From the NCBI GenBank assembly GCA_001770205.1, contig MEQL01000038.1:1-64000 (forward strand): 64,000 nt of DNA. The letters run 5' to 3'. The stretch is from Bdellovibrionales bacterium RIFOXYD12_FULL_39_22. GTDB lineage: Bacteria > Bdellovibrionota > Bacteriovoracia > Bacteriovoracales > Bacteriovoracaceae. The first letter of the stretch is position 1. The number at the start of each line of letters is the position of its first letter. The notes beneath the pieces were generated by a model. That model did not search any database. It saw only the letters and a list, made by a program, of their open reading frames with translations, and was not told the origin of the DNA. Shown in pieces: positions 39,828-52,100 of the stretch. A program made the position numbers and the translations under genes.

Positions 39828-41981
39828 ATGAAACTGAAGGCGAAAACAAGAAACATTGGAATTTCAGCGCACATCGATTCTGGAAAAACTACCCTGACAG
39901 AGAGGATTTTGTACTACACTGACAAAATTCATAAAATTGAAGAAGTTCGAGGAGGTGGTGCTGGCGCCAAAATGGATCATATGGAGTTAGAGCGCGAAAA
40001 AGGAATCACCATTACCTCTGCAGCAACCACTGTCGTTTGGGATGGAACTTGTAATAAGGGAGTTAAATATGCCGAAGGCGATGAGAAAGAGGTTCGCATC
40101 AATATCATTGATACTCCGGGACACGTGGATTTTACGGTAGAGGTTGAGCGTTCTCTTCGTGTTTTAGATGGCGCAATTTTGGTACTGTGTTCGGTTGCAG
40201 GTGTTCAGTCTCAGTCAATTACTGTCGATCGACAGATGAAGCGATATAAAATTCCCCGGCTATGCTTTGTAAACAAGATGGATAGAATGGGAGCCAATTA
40301 CAGAAATGGGGTGAAGGCACTAAGAGAAAAATTAGGCCATAATGCTGTTCCGCTACAAATTCCCATCGGAGCAGAAGAAAATTTTAAGGGTGTTATCGAT
40401 TTAATTACTATGCAGGCCTACTATTTTGATGGTGAAAATGGGGAAAATGTTCGTATCGAGGCAATTCCGGCCAATTTGCAAAAAGAAGCAGAGTCAGAAA
40501 GAGAGGCCATGTTGGATGCCATCAGTGCCTTTGATGATGGTCTAATGGAAAAGTTACTGGAGGGTGGAGAGGTTACCGAGGCCGAGATTCATAATGCTAT
40601 CAAAATTGGGGTAAATAGTTTGAAGTTAACCCCTGTCATTTTGGGATCGGCAGTTAGAAATAAAGGCGTGCAGCTACTTTTGGATGCAGTTGCTCGTTAT
40701 TTGCCAAGTCCGCTATCTTGTGCTCGTCCTAAGGTAGTTAACAGTGATGGAACTAAGCAAGACCTAGACCCAGTGGATACAAAGCCATTGGTCTGTATGG
40801 CATTTAAGATTACCGATGAGCAGTTTGGCCAGTTGACCTATACTCGAATTTATCAAGGTGTTTTAGAAAAAGGTATGCAGATCTACAATACCAGAACTAA
40901 ACGCAAGGTTCGTGTTGGACGCTTGGTGCGCATGAATGCCAATGACAGAGAAAATATTGATTCCGCAGGAGCTGGTGATATCGTGGCCATGATTGGAGTT
41001 GATTGTGCTTCTGGAGATACCTTTGTAGGAGATGATAATCTCACCAATATTTCTTGTGAGGGGATGCATATTGCGGAGCCAGTTATTACCTTTTCGGTTT
41101 CTGCCAAAGATAAAGAGCAGCTTACTCGGATGTCCAAAGGCCTTGCTCGCTTCTTAAAAGAAGATCCAACGTTTAAAGTCTTTACGGATGAAGAATCTGG
41201 CGAGACACGTATTGCGGGAATGGGTGAGTTGCACTTGGAAATTTATATAGAACGCTTGAAGCGAGAATATAGTGCAGAGGTGGTGGTTGGAGCACCTCAA
41301 GTTAACTACCGGGAGACGATTAAGACCGAGGCAAAATTTGATTACACCCATAAGAAACAAACTGGTGGGGCCGGACAATTTGCTGCTGTTATTGGAAAAA
41401 TTCGTCCTTTAAAATCGGAAGATAAAGATAGTGAGGATCAAAACTTTAAATTTCATAATGAAATTCGTGGGGGATCGATTCCATCAGAGTATATCAGTGC
41501 TTGCGAGAAGGGTTTTAACGATATTATGGATAAAGGGCCACTGGCCGCTTTCCCGCTAATAAATGTAGAAGTTTTCTTACAAGATGGTAAATATCACGAT
41601 GTTGACTCCTCCGATTTGGCCTTTAGAATTGCGTCCCGTCAGGCCATGAGACAGGCAATTCGCGCAGCAAGCCCGGTATTACTAGAGCCTTTTATGAAAG
41701 TAGAGGTTGAGTCACCGGATGAGTATCAAGGATCGGTTATTGGAGATCTTTCTTCTCGTCGTGGAGTAATTCAAGGTTCGGAATCCACTGACACGGGTGA
41801 TGCTATTATTAACGCCTATGTTCCACTATCGTCCATGTTTGGTTATTCGACTGATCTTCGCTCTATGAGTGCAGGGAAGGCCACTTATACGATGGAATTT
41901 CACCACTATGAAGAGTGTCCATCTAATATTGCCGAGAAGGTAATGAAAGATAGGGCAGAGAAGCTTGCTAAAGATGATTAG
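39828..41981 (+). CDS. fusA: Elongation factor G (spdEFG1/mtEFG1-like, stand-alone)
   Basis: [42 protein letters not shown]. Confidence 0.97.
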   Translation: MKLKAKTRNIGISAHIDSGKTTLTERILYYTDKIHKIEEVRGGGAGAKMDHMELEREKGITITSAATTVVWDGTCNKGVKYAEGDEKEVRINIIDTPGHVDFTVEVERSLRVLDGAILVLCSVAGVQSQSITVDRQMKRYKIPRLCFVNKMDRMGANYRNGVKALREKLGHNAVPLQIPIGAEENFKGVIDLITMQAYYFDGENGENVRIEAIPANLQKEAESEREAMLDAISAFDDGLMEKLLEGGEVTEAEIHNAIKIGVNSLKLTPVILGSAVRNKGVQLLLDAVARYLPSPLSCARPKVVNSDGTKQDLDPVDTKPLVCMAFKITDEQFGQLTYTRIYQGVLEKGMQIYNTRTKRKVRVGRLVRMNANDRENIDSAGAGDIVAMIGVDCASGDTFVGDDNLTNISCEGMHIAEPVITFSVSAKDKEQLTRMSKGLARFLKEDPTFKVFTDEESGETRIAGMGELHLEIYIERLKREYSAEVVVGAPQVNYRETIKTEAKFDYTHKKQTGGAGQFAAVIGKIRPLKSEDKDSEDQNFKFHNEIRGGSIPSEYISACEKGFNDIMDKGPLAAFPLINVEVFLQDGKYHDVDSSDLAFRIASRQAMRQAIRAASPVLLEPFMKVEVESPDEYQGSVIGDLSSRRGVIQGSESTDTGDAIINAYVPLSSMFGYSTDLRSMSAGKATYTMEFHHYEECPSNIAEKVMKDRAEKLAKDD

Positions 41982-42004
41982 TAACGGTTTTTTGTGTCGT
42001 ATTA

Positions 42005-42916
42005 ATGATTGAAACAACTCATCTACAAACTCTAGTTGCGCTTGTTAGGTCTGGAAGTTTTTCCAGGGCCGCAAGCGAGCTAGGGGTTACTCAGTCGGCC
42101 ATCAGTCAGAATGTTCGTAGTCTTGAAAATAAAGTTGGTGTAAAAATCTTTATTCGCTCCGGTAAGCAAGTTAGCTTAACCTCGGATGGCGAAAAGTTGC
42201 ACCGTTTTGCCCAATCTTTTTTAGTGCAGCTGGATAAAACTATTGAACAAATTCATCACAGTAAAGATGCTATGGCCGGGAAAGTGCGTATTGGTACTTT
42301 GCCTGGAGTGGGGAAGTCTTGGTTGACTTCTGAGCTTTTAAACTATGCGGCCTTAAACAGCGAACTTTCAATAACGCTTAATTTAGGTTTTGAGGCCGAT
42401 CTTATTCGGGATTTTGAAGCGCTTAAGCTAGACATGTTGATTTTACCGGCCGATTTTTTACCAACCATTGGAGAGACTGTCTTATTGGGAGAAGAAAAAA
42501 TCACTCTAGTTTTTCCCAAATCGCCAAAGTTTGATATTCATCCGGATATAAAGTTGGCCGAACTTATGAAGTATCCGGCCATCATGTTCGAAGAAGGATC
42601 GCCTCTTTTTTCTAGATGGTGTAAAGAGTACTTTAAAGAGGTGCCTAAAAAATTTAACATTCGCTACTCAATTAATTCTCACGGCAATATGTTGCAGGCA
42701 GTAATTCGCGAATTAGGCATGGCAGTTATTCCAACGCATGTGCTTAAGCGCTCGGCCTATCGAGATAAGGTGCAAACCCTTGGGCCGGCCGCCGAAGTTT
42801 CAAATGGAGAGTTTTATTTAATTTATCACAAAGAATTGAGTGATTTACTCAGAATAAGAAGTACTATTGATTATCTAACCTCCCGAGAAAATCCTTTTTC
42901 TGTTGGACAAAATTGA
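42005..42916 (+). CDS. LysR family transcriptional regulator
   Basis: GSFSRAASELGVTQSAISQ...LE...LTSDG; 303 aa. Confidence 0.93.
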   Translation: MIETTHLQTLVALVRSGSFSRAASELGVTQSAISQNVRSLENKVGVKIFIRSGKQVSLTSDGEKLHRFAQSFLVQLDKTIEQIHHSKDAMAGKVRIGTLPGVGKSWLTSELLNYAALNSELSITLNLGFEADLIRDFEALKLDMLILPADFLPTIGETVLLGEEKITLVFPKSPKFDIHPDIKLAELMKYPAIMFEEGSPLFSRWCKEYFKEVPKKFNIRYSINSHGNMLQAVIRELGMAVIPTHVLKRSAYRDKVQTLGPAAEVSNGEFYLIYHKELSDLLRIRSTIDYLTSRENPFSVGQN

Positions 42917-43038
42917 GCAGGCCTTTTTTTGTCAATGGGTAGATTTTGCCACCAAGACTTTCTGTGGCAATTATTTCTAAACGATGAGATAATTTTATTG
43001 GATGATGGTAGTTTTCCATCAAACCGAGAGGGCCATGT

Positions 43039-43467
43039 ATGGTGGATTTACATACAATTTTGGCAGACCATAAGTCGAAATATCACAAAGAGGGCCGGCC
43101 AGGCGAGGCGGAAAATATTCCGGCAAACACGACGACTCTATCAGAGATCCCCGATCTGTTTTTTGATGAAATTTTGGTGGCCTTCAAATTAAATAGAATT
43201 GAGATTATGGTTTTAATGTATCTATACCGGCGAGTATGGTGTCGCCCAAATCTTTATCGCCTTCATGGAATATCTCAACTGCTATCGCATACGGAGATGT
43301 CTAAGGCGCTTAATTTGTCATTGGATGAAATTTATCATGCCCTCAGAAAGCTAGAAGAATTTGCTTTTATTACCACCGTAAGGTCTGGCCAATATTTTGT
43401 GCGTAGATTTTTTACAAAAGAAAACGATGAGCTTTTAGGACAAAATTACGACGATTTTGAAATCTAG
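43039..43467 (+). CDS. Hypothetical winged-HTH-like protein
   Basis: EMSKALNLSLDEIYHALRKLEEFAFI resembles wHTH; SD GAGG. Confidence 0.65.
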   Translation: MVDLHTILADHKSKYHKEGRPGEAENIPANTTTLSEIPDLFFDEILVAFKLNRIEIMVLMYLYRRVWCRPNLYRLHGISQLLSHTEMSKALNLSLDEIYHALRKLEEFAFITTVRSGQYFVRRFFTKENDELLGQNYDDFEI

Positions 43468-43593
43468 TCCAGATATCCATATAATTGAGTACTAGGCATA
43501 ATTTGCAACACTACTTTCACAAGTTGCGTCATTTTATAATTACAATATACTTAACGTATAGAAAGAGTTGTTTATCTACATAGTGGAAGATGA

Positions 43594-45408
43594 ATGGGAA
43601 ACGAAATCAATTTGCCTAAAATAGTATATGTTGGAAGTGACACTAGCTATTTTAATGATGTGCGAGTTCGGTTTAAAAATTCTTATCCGCAAGTTGAATA
43701 TAAGTTTATGCCTTTAGAAAGTAGTGATGATTATCACCAAACTTTCTTGCAAATTTTAGAACTAAAACCTCTTATTATATACGTGGATTTTTCGGGCAAA
43801 GGAAAGGTTCGAACTTATTTGACCAGACTTTTAAAAAGAGAAGTTTCTACACGTAATATCCCCTTAGTTGCTTTGGTGGAAAAAGAAGAACAACTAAAAG
43901 AGTGCAATGCCACCGGAGTTGATTTTACCCATATTAAATGTGGAGAAATTAGTGATGTGGTCTATGATCCCTGCTCATTAGTTTATACCCGCAGCGTAAA
44001 AAAACCAGATTATGCGCGAGCAAGATTTGTTAAAGATGCTGAGCTGTTTGAGGATTTTCGCATTGGTTACTATACTGCCAGCTATATGCGGGCAGAGAGT
44101 AATATGAAATATGGAAAAGGAGATATTGTAGAAATTGAAACTGCCATTCCAGAAAAGGTTATGCCCTCCCATCATTTTATTGTGCGTAATGTGCAAGAAT
44201 CAGATCTTTTTTATGATTATCGTTATGCTTATGATTTAGATTATGTTTTTGTCGATAAACCAGAGACGATTGATGTAGAAGGTGGGGATGCTAAAGTTGT
44301 GGAGTTGGCCAATCAGGAACGAATGGATGAGTATAAAAACAATCTAATCTTAACTAAAAAGAAAGTATCTTCTTGGGTTGATGATAGCTTAAGCTCAACT
44401 GCTCCTAAGACAACAAAAATTTTAATCATTGATAAAACCATGCGTTTTTTTGCCAATATGGATAAACCAATTGAGGATTATCCATACGGGATAAGATGTC
44501 AGACCGAACTTTTTGACTTGGATTATTTAGAAAAAATTCGTCCCAATATTATTGCCTTTGAGTTTTTTGAGATTGTTGATGAAGAAAGTGGAGATGTTGG
44601 CAAGAAGAAGGCCGCCACAACGACAAAAGAGAGTGGGCAAAAATCTAGAAATGCGGTTGAGCAACTGACCTTGATGGTGAAAAAAATTAAGAGCATGCAG
44701 AATTTTTCTCCCTTTATTGTTGTCTTTAATTGTCACAAATTTAACTCCAAATCTTTCCAGGATAGCTTACAGTATCCGACTATTTTAGTGGATACTTTAA
44801 CGTTGGATATGCGAAAGGTGGTAGAGTTTGCCAATATCTATGACAAAAAAATTGAAAAAAAATATGAGGAAGCAATAAAACTTAAAGTAGCGCAACTAAA
44901 AAAACAAGATCCCAATAAGTATCGCAAATTGAGTATTAGTGATTTTAAGGATCGAAAGTTTTATCCCAAAAGCTCCTCTCCTTTGAGTTATGCTAGTTGC
45001 AAATATGTAATTCAATTGACTAGTATGACGGAGTCAGAGTTAACTTTTGTTGGTGATCCGGAATTTGAAGGAGAGCAGTTTTATCTGAAATTTCCGGCCC
45101 GCATGCATATTCGAATAATACCTGGGGATACTGGGAAGAAATTTATTATTGAGCAGCGACGTAATTTGTATAAAGCATTGATTCATTCAGTCGGAGAAGA
45201 GCAGAAAAAAAAGCTGAGACAATTTGTAAATGAGATTTTCTTTACTGATTTAAATAATCGCAAAGAAAAAGAAAAAGAAGAATTCGATAAAAAAAATCAA
45301 GAGGTGCTAGAGAAGTTAAAGGCCGCCGGAGAAGTGGCCGCGGATATTCAATCATCGGCCGTTACTACCGCAACAGATGATAAAAAAGATGGCCCGGCGC
45401 AAAGCTAG
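43594..45408 (+). CDS. Hypothetical protein, probable degenerate receiver and PilZ-like modules
   Basis: KIVYVG..IIYVD..TRNIPLVAL and KILIID..RPNIIAF receiver-like patterns; PilZ-like terminal helix EEQKKKLRQFV. Confidence 0.6.
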   Translation: MGNEINLPKIVYVGSDTSYFNDVRVRFKNSYPQVEYKFMPLESSDDYHQTFLQILELKPLIIYVDFSGKGKVRTYLTRLLKREVSTRNIPLVALVEKEEQLKECNATGVDFTHIKCGEISDVVYDPCSLVYTRSVKKPDYARARFVKDAELFEDFRIGYYTASYMRAESNMKYGKGDIVEIETAIPEKVMPSHHFIVRNVQESDLFYDYRYAYDLDYVFVDKPETIDVEGGDAKVVELANQERMDEYKNNLILTKKKVSSWVDDSLSSTAPKTTKILIIDKTMRFFANMDKPIEDYPYGIRCQTELFDLDYLEKIRPNIIAFEFFEIVDEESGDVGKKKAATTTKESGQKSRNAVEQLTLMVKKIKSMQNFSPFIVVFNCHKFNSKSFQDSLQYPTILVDTLTLDMRKVVEFANIYDKKIEKKYEEAIKLKVAQLKKQDPNKYRKLSISDFKDRKFYPKSSSPLSYASCKYVIQLTSMTESELTFVGDPEFEGEQFYLKFPARMHIRIIPGDTGKKFIIEQRRNLYKALIHSVGEEQKKKLRQFVNEIFFTDLNNRKEKEKEEFDKKNQEVLEKLKAAGEVAADIQSSAVTTATDDKKDGPAQS

Positions 45409-46943
45409 TTTTTTTCTTTTGGGGAGATGGCCGTCACAATAAGCAAAACAATTTGCAACGTAAAAAAGGAGAACAAAAATAGTGCTCCGCCTTCGCTAAA
45501 GCCATAAGAGTGTAGGCCGCTGGCCAAAATATAATTTACCCCAAACCAGGCCATCATAACGCTCATAAAGGCCGCGGCCGTGAAAGGAATAAATCTCGCA
45601 GGTGGAATCCAGGTAGTATGCTTTCCATGGATAATGGCCATGTAGATTAAAAGCACAATCAGACTCCAAGTTTCTTTAGGGTCCCATCCCCAAAATCGCC
45701 CCCAGGAATAGTCTGCCCAAATTCCGCCTAAAATAATTCCTAAGGCCAAGAGCACCGTACCAAATTTTAAGCAGGTGTAGGTGATATCTGTATAGCGAGC
45801 AAGATCATCTGATGAGAGTGTAAAAAATCTGCGTTTGATTAAAATTACATTTGCCAGCAGCCAGCTAAGGCCTAAGGCCCCGTAGGAGAGGATGATGGAA
45901 GTTACATGCGTGCTCAGCCAAAAATTATCACGTAAAACGGGGACTAAAGGGCCAATGGAGCTAGAGAACATTCCGTGAGCAAAGGTTATCATGAAAAGAG
46001 AAAGTAAGTTATAGGCCAGACCAACCAGAACGATTATTTTATCTTTTTTTACATGGCCAATTATTAAGGCCAAAAATAGTCCGCCAAGTCCAGAAAATAG
46101 CATGGTCTCATACATGTTGGTAACTGGTGCCCGGCCAGAAATGATCATTCGCAAGATCATGTAGGTTGATTCCGTAAGAACTGTTAAAACCGAAAAACCA
46201 AGTGCGAAGTTAAAATTCTTAATGGCCACCAACGCAATTAGCGCAATCATGGTCAAGAGCATGGAAAAATCAACCAAATGAAGTTTGGCATAGGTTACCT
46301 CAATAAGGTAGTGATCTCCCTGGAGTGCGATAAAATCCTTTTGTGCTTGTGCTAACTTTTGAGAGGCCAGGCTTGGTTGTGTCAGATCTTCTTCAGAAAA
46401 AAAGTTTTTCAGGGTTGACCACTTAATTTCGTTACTAGAAGAGCGTTGAGGCAATAACCAATTGGCACCGGCCACTAATTCTTGGTAGATATTTGCTTGG
46501 TTATATAGTTTGTTGAGATATTTTTTGTAGGAATTTTCTTTTTGAATTAACATGGCACTGCGTTGAATGGTGGGAAGCTGAGTAAGTAAATTATCATATT
46601 CTACAGAGCTTTCATCTCTTCCAACACTAAGTAAAATGCGTGCTTCCACATGCTCAATTTTCGCTTTAAGGGAAGTAGTTATGGGGAGGGAAGAAGATTT
46701 TAAAGAGAGTAGACAAAAAAGTTCGGAAGAAGATAGATCATCTTGCGAAGTTTTACCGGTTAAATCTTTTAAAATTTCTTTAGCATGAACCAATAATGGC
46801 TTGATTCGGCCATTTTGTTGAATAGGCAGGGAATCTAGCAGTTTGCTGTCACAAAAATATTTCTCAGTTGCGAGTGAAATATTGCAGAGGGAGCTTAACA
46901 AGAAGAAGAGAAAAGAAATAGTTGGAAGATAAGTTTTCATCAT
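45405..46943 (-). CDS. ccsA: Cytochrome c biogenesis protein CcsA (system II)
   Basis: GRAPVTNMYE, LVPVLRDNFWLSTHV, WWD motif WGRFWGWDPKETW, SGLHSY; start placed at MMKTY overlapping resB stop. Confidence 0.93.
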   Translation of the reverse strand: MMKTYLPTISFLFFLLSSLCNISLATEKYFCDSKLLDSLPIQQNGRIKPLLVHAKEILKDLTGKTSQDDLSSSELFCLLSLKSSSLPITTSLKAKIEHVEARILLSVGRDESSVEYDNLLTQLPTIQRSAMLIQKENSYKKYLNKLYNQANIYQELVAGANWLLPQRSSSNEIKWSTLKNFFSEEDLTQPSLASQKLAQAQKDFIALQGDHYLIEVTYAKLHLVDFSMLLTMIALIALVAIKNFNFALGFSVLTVLTESTYMILRMIISGRAPVTNMYETMLFSGLGGLFLALIIGHVKKDKIIVLVGLAYNLLSLFMITFAHGMFSSSIGPLVPVLRDNFWLSTHVTSIILSYGALGLSWLLANVILIKRRFFTLSSDDLARYTDITYTCLKFGTVLLALGIILGGIWADYSWGRFWGWDPKETWSLIVLLIYMAIIHGKHTTWIPPARFIPFTAAAFMSVMMAWFGVNYILASGLHSYGFSEGGALFLFSFFTLQIVLLIVTAISPKEKN

Positions 46944-48433
46944 TTTGCCCCTTTGGTATTTTCTTTTTTGCGACGATAAATTATGTAGTAGTGAATCATG
47001 GCCCCCAGAACAAGTAATAGCGACCCCCAATATTTGATGGGCCGTCCAGGATCTACGTTGGCGCTTAGAACTGAGCCGAAATCGCCTTCATTGGTTTCAA
47101 AATAAGAGGATTGATAAAAAGTGAATCCCATCATTTTGAGTGGATTATTCATGTATATGTGATGATCTTGATTGCCGTCGGGTAAAAAGAGTTTAACAAA
47201 ACTTTCATAACTGGCCGGCATCTGAGTGCCGGGATTCATATCCATTTTGAATTTGGTCAACATAAACTCAAAAGGGAGTCTTAATTTTACTTTGCTTAAT
47301 TCTAGACGATGTGGCTTTCCGTTAACCATGGCCCGAAGAGGTGCGCCATCGGTAATCCAAAGATCTTCACCGTTAATATTTACCAGTAAAGCTTTTTGAG
47401 TACCAGAAATTACTTTGCCGTCTTGCTGGATAGGAACTACAAAAAATGGACGAAGTGTAGGGACCATCTTTTCAGAGTGGGTAAGTAGTTTGACGTTAAG
47501 GCCCATCCATGGAATGTTGCCAAGATTATTACCCTTTAAGCTAGATGTCATCCACTGGCCGTTTTTAAAAATGGCCATACTCTCTCCAAAAAGAAAAATT
47601 GCCGGCCTATTATTGTTGGCCGCATTTTTTACGCCATATGTGGCAAAGGCCGTACATTGGCCATCACTGCTATTTACTACCGGCGGATCGTTGGGTGTTG
47701 CCTGTAAGAAACATGCAAAAAGATTTTTAGGTAGATAGAAAATAGAAAAACTATCAAAATGTGCCATGGATTCAAATTGATTAGATTCGGGGTGCAAAGA
47801 GAGAGTAAGCTTATTAGACATTTGATCATTAAAAAAAAGATATTGGGAGGAGTGAATAAAACTATCTTCGGGATAGGCCTGCAGCGGTTTCTCCCAGATA
47901 AATTCATTTTCACTGGAGGGGAGATACTTTTTGATGGTGAGTGGGCCATAACTTGCATTTATATTAGCAGTGAAGGCGGCAAAGGGGAGTTCATAAGAGA
48001 TTTGCTTGCCCGTAGACTCTTCTGTCATGAGAAAAATATCATCGTATAACATCACGGTACGATTTTGTTCTCCCTTAACTAGCGTTATATTCCCATCGAC
48101 TCCAGCATAGTAAGTAATAAAACTACCTGCTCCGATCAGGAGGATGCCAAAATGTATAATGTAAAAACCGGTAAGACGAGATTTGAAAGGTGTGCGCACA
48201 AAAGCGGCCAATATTACGCTTAGAAAAATTAGGCCCTGCAATAACATGAAGGGAAGCGATTTATAGACTAGGCGATTAGCAAACTCTGTTCCGTAATAGC
48301 TCTCAATGAATGTTCCAGCAATCATGGCCACTGTAAAGAGGAGGATTATAGAGACAGCGAATTTTAGGCCCCCAAAAGTTTTTTCAAATTTTTCCCACTG
48401 CCATGATTTTATCAGCTCAATTAATTTTGCCAT
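46940..48433 (-). CDS. resB: Cytochrome c biogenesis protein ResB/CcsB
   Basis: AGTFIES, IIHFG, PASYESFV, IYMNNPL, FYQSSY, DPGRPIKYWG. Confidence 0.85.
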   Translation of the reverse strand: MAKLIELIKSWQWEKFEKTFGGLKFAVSIILLFTVAMIAGTFIESYYGTEFANRLVYKSLPFMLLQGLIFLSVILAAFVRTPFKSRLTGFYIIHFGILLIGAGSFITYYAGVDGNITLVKGEQNRTVMLYDDIFLMTEESTGKQISYELPFAAFTANINASYGPLTIKKYLPSSENEFIWEKPLQAYPEDSFIHSSQYLFFNDQMSNKLTLSLHPESNQFESMAHFDSFSIFYLPKNLFACFLQATPNDPPVVNSSDGQCTAFATYGVKNAANNNRPAIFLFGESMAIFKNGQWMTSSLKGNNLGNIPWMGLNVKLLTHSEKMVPTLRPFFVVPIQQDGKVISGTQKALLVNINGEDLWITDGAPLRAMVNGKPHRLELSKVKLRLPFEFMLTKFKMDMNPGTQMPASYESFVKLFLPDGNQDHHIYMNNPLKMMGFTFYQSSYFETNEGDFGSVLSANVDPGRPIKYWGSLLLVLGAMIHYYIIYRRKKENTKGAK

Positions 48434-48466
48434 GAAAAATATCCCCCGGATCACTAGAATAGGTGC

Positions 48467-49192
48467 TTAGTTGGGAATTGTAAATTTCCATCCACAAAAC
48501 CACTCAGTAGGATGATTATCGGGGGGGCAGGAAATACACTCAGTTTTAATTTTACTATCTATGGCCTTGGCAAAACTGGTGTATTCTATAACCCCTGCTG
48601 ACTTACAGGGATAGTCGGCCAGTCCTTTTTTTTGGCGGGCGTTTTGTACGCGGCAATCATTCATATAAAAAAGTAAAGTGTTTTTATCTGGGCGAACCAT
48701 GCTTTGTTTGTTGATATAAGCATAAAGTCGCCAAGAAAGTGCGCTGGCCAATCCATCAAGGCCTGCATTTTCTGGAAGATCGATTAGATTTTTAATAGAC
48801 CATGCTTCAAATGGAGAAAATTTTTCCCAACAAGTATCGTTGCAACGCTTGGCCAGAGTCATGCCGTGCACAGACTCGATGGCCTGGAACCAGATACCAT
48901 CATTGGCCAACCAATTTACGGCCACCGCTTTAGTTAATTCTAAAAGCTGGGCCTCATTAATTTGTAAATTTCCAGAGGCCATAGATGTTTGATCTTCTAA
49001 GTTTAATGAGATGTTCAGAGTCTTGGCCAGTCGGCTGGCTTGGAGTGGAATAGTTGTCTCTGCGCATTTTTTTAAAGCTAAAAAAGCTTGCTGCTTGCCC
49101 AGAATCGTTTCCACTTGGTTAAACCACATGGAGTGGTGAATTGAAAGGCGATGCATGAAATCAAAAAGAAGTTTTACTTTGGCGTGCATCAC
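48467..49192 (-). CDS. DUF6125-like protein with Cys-rich C-terminus
   Basis: [43 protein letters not shown]. Confidence 0.75.
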   Translation of the reverse strand: MMHAKVKLLFDFMHRLSIHHSMWFNQVETILGKQQAFLALKKCAETTIPLQASRLAKTLNISLNLEDQTSMASGNLQINEAQLLELTKAVAVNWLANDGIWFQAIESVHGMTLAKRCNDTCWEKFSPFEAWSIKNLIDLPENAGLDGLASALSWRLYAYINKQSMVRPDKNTLLFYMNDCRVQNARQKKGLADYPCKSAGVIEYTSFAKAIDSKIKTECISCPPDNHPTEWFCGWKFTIPN

Positions 49193-52100
49193 ATATTCCT
49201 TCGATATTGTCCACCGACGTGGTAGAGCGAGTTGGTAATTTGTCCAATGGAGCAGTATTTGGAAACTTCCATTAATTTTTCAAAGATATTTTTATTATCT
49301 CTGGCCACCATGTGTAGTTCTTGCAGTAATTGTTTGGCCAGTTGGGCGTTGGCGGTGTGACAGCGCTCAACGGTTGTAATCTGATTTTCTTTTTCTTCTG
49401 TGGTAGCGCGAATGACTTCCCGTGGAATGATTGTGGGAGACCCTTTAGAAGAGAGAAAAGTGTTTACTCCAATGATGGGATATTCTCCAGTGTGTTTTAG
49501 TGTTTCATAGTAGAGAGATTCTTCTTGGATTTTACTGCGTTGATACATGGTCTCCATCGCACCTAATACTCCACCACGCTCTGAAATTTTTTCAAATTCA
49601 GAGAGGACAGCTTCTTCGACAAGATCTGTAAGTTCTTCAATAATAAATGAGCCCTGCATCGCATTTTGGTTTTTTGCTAGGCCTAATTCACTATTGATGA
49701 TCAGTTGAATGGCCATGGCGCGTCGAACTGATTCTTCGGTGGGAGTAGTAATTGCTTCATCATAGGCATTAGTGTGAAGTGAGTTACAATTGTCATAGAT
49801 AGCATAGAGTGCTTGCAGTGTTGTGCGAATATCATTGAAGTCAATTTCTTGTGCATGTAGTGAGCGGCCGGAGGTTTGAATGTGATATTTTAACATCTGA
49901 GAGCGAGAATTTCCGCCATATTTAAGTTTCATGGCGCGGGCCCAAATGCGGCGGGCCACCCGGCCAATCACTGCGTATTCAGGGTCAATGCCATTAGAAA
50001 AAAAGAAGGACAAATTGGGAGCGAAAGCATCAATATCCATTCCGCGTGATAAGTAATACTCCACAAAGGTAAATCCGTTAGATAGTGTTAGGGCAAGTTG
50101 AGTGATAGGATTGGCCCCTGCTTCAGCTATGTGATAGCCAGAAATAGAGACAGAATAGAAGTTGCGGACATTATTGTTTATAAAATATTCTTGAATATCT
50201 CCCATGATTTTTAGCGCAAATTCGGTAGAGAATATGCAGGTATTTTGGCCCTGATCTTCTTTCAAAATGTCTGCTTGCACGGTACCACGTACTTTGCTGA
50301 TGGTATCTAGTTTTATTTTTTCATAGATATCGCTGGGAAGAACTTGATCACCAGATACTCCTAGTAACATTAATCCCAATCCATCGTTGCCCTCAGGCAG
50401 CGGCCCTTGATATGAGGGGAGGGTGAGATGTTGGGCGATATATTTTTTCTCATAAATCTCTTTGATTTTTTTTCGAACTGAATTCTCAAGGCCTTGCTGG
50501 TTAATATAGATTTCACATTCTTGATCGATGGCCGCATTCATAAAATAGCCCACCATGATGGCCGAAGGGCCGTTGATGGTCATGGAGACAGAGGTTTTTG
50601 CGTCAGTTAGACGAAAACCCGAGTAGAGTTTTTTTGCATCGTCGAGGCAACAAATTGAGACGCCAGAATTGCCAATTTTTCCGTATATATCCGGGCGCCG
50701 ATTGGGATCTTCGCCGTAGAGAGTAACTGAGTCGAAGGCGGTGGAAAGACGAGTGGCCGGCAGACCACAAGAGAGATAATGAAAACGACGATTGGTACGC
50801 TCCGGCCCACCCTCACCTGCAAACATTCGCGTAGGATCTTCTCCTTCGCGCTTAAAAGGAAACACCCCGGCAGTAAAGGGGTATTCTCCTGGAACATTTT
50901 CGTTAAGCGACCAGCGCAAAATGTCAGCATGAGAACGATATTTGGGCATAGCAATTTTAGGAATTTTAGTTTTAGAAAGTGATTCAGTATAAGTTTTAAT
51001 TTTTATCTCTTTGTCGCGTACGCAGTAAGAGTAGAAATCGTTTTTATATTGGGATATTTTGGTTGGCCATCCACTTATAATTTTTTTACATACTGGATCT
51101 TGGCGTTCAGACAGATTTTGATATTTGTTTTCTAGTGATTGGGTGGCCGCATTATCATTTTTGCTTAAAGTGGCCAAGGCGGTGGAGAGACTCTGAGTGG
51201 TCTCTGCTAAATCACATTGCTCAGCAATCCAGTTTTGATGAGCACGAATTGTTTCAACTATCTCCGCTAAGTAGCGAGTCTTTTTAGGAGGTATGATATA
51301 TTTTTTTTCAGACATTCCCGAGGTGAGTGTAAATTGAGAGGTAAGGCCAATTTTTAATTTGCTATTTAGTTGAGAGATAACTTCTTGGTATAGATGATTC
51401 ATTCCGGGATCATTAAATTGTGAAGCAATCGTTCCGAAAATGGGAACTTTGCTATCAGTTCCTGGGCCGTGATCAAAAATTTTATGATTACGCTTGTACT
51501 GTTTTGTAACGTCGCGCAAGGCATCTTCGGCCCCACGTTTATCGAATTTATTGATGGCAATGATGTCGGCAAAATCGAGCATATCAATTTTTTCTAACTG
51601 ACTACTGGCCCCATATTCTGGCGTCATAACATAAAGAGAAAGATTTGAGTGGTCGGTAATTTCGGTATCGGATTGGCCGATGCCAGAAGTTTCTAAAATA
51701 ATCAGGTCAAAATTAGCGGCCTTCACAATCTCTATCGCCGATTGCACATACTTGGAAAGGGCCAAGTTAGATTGGCGTGTTGCCAGAGAGCGCATATATA
51801 CGCGATCAGAATTAATCGCATTCATGCGGATGCGATCGCCTAGGAGTGCTCCGCCTGTTTTTCGCTTTGAAGGATCAACTGATATGATGGCCACCTGTTT
51901 GTTCTCAAAATCAGTAAGAAAGCGATTGACTAGTTCATCCACTAGTGATGATTTGCCAGCACCTCCGGTCCCAGTAATTCCTAGCACTGGTGTTTTACTG
52001 GATTGGGCCATTGTTCTTATACGATCAAAAATTGCTTGGTTGTCGTCGGCAAAGTTTTCGGCACAAGAGATCAATTGAGCAATGGTTTGATGGCCACAAG

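Noticed and set aside
42929..43192. 87-aa ORF overlapping the wHTH-like gene
   Set aside because: Alternate-frame shadow of 43039..43467, which has the SD and a plausible fold.
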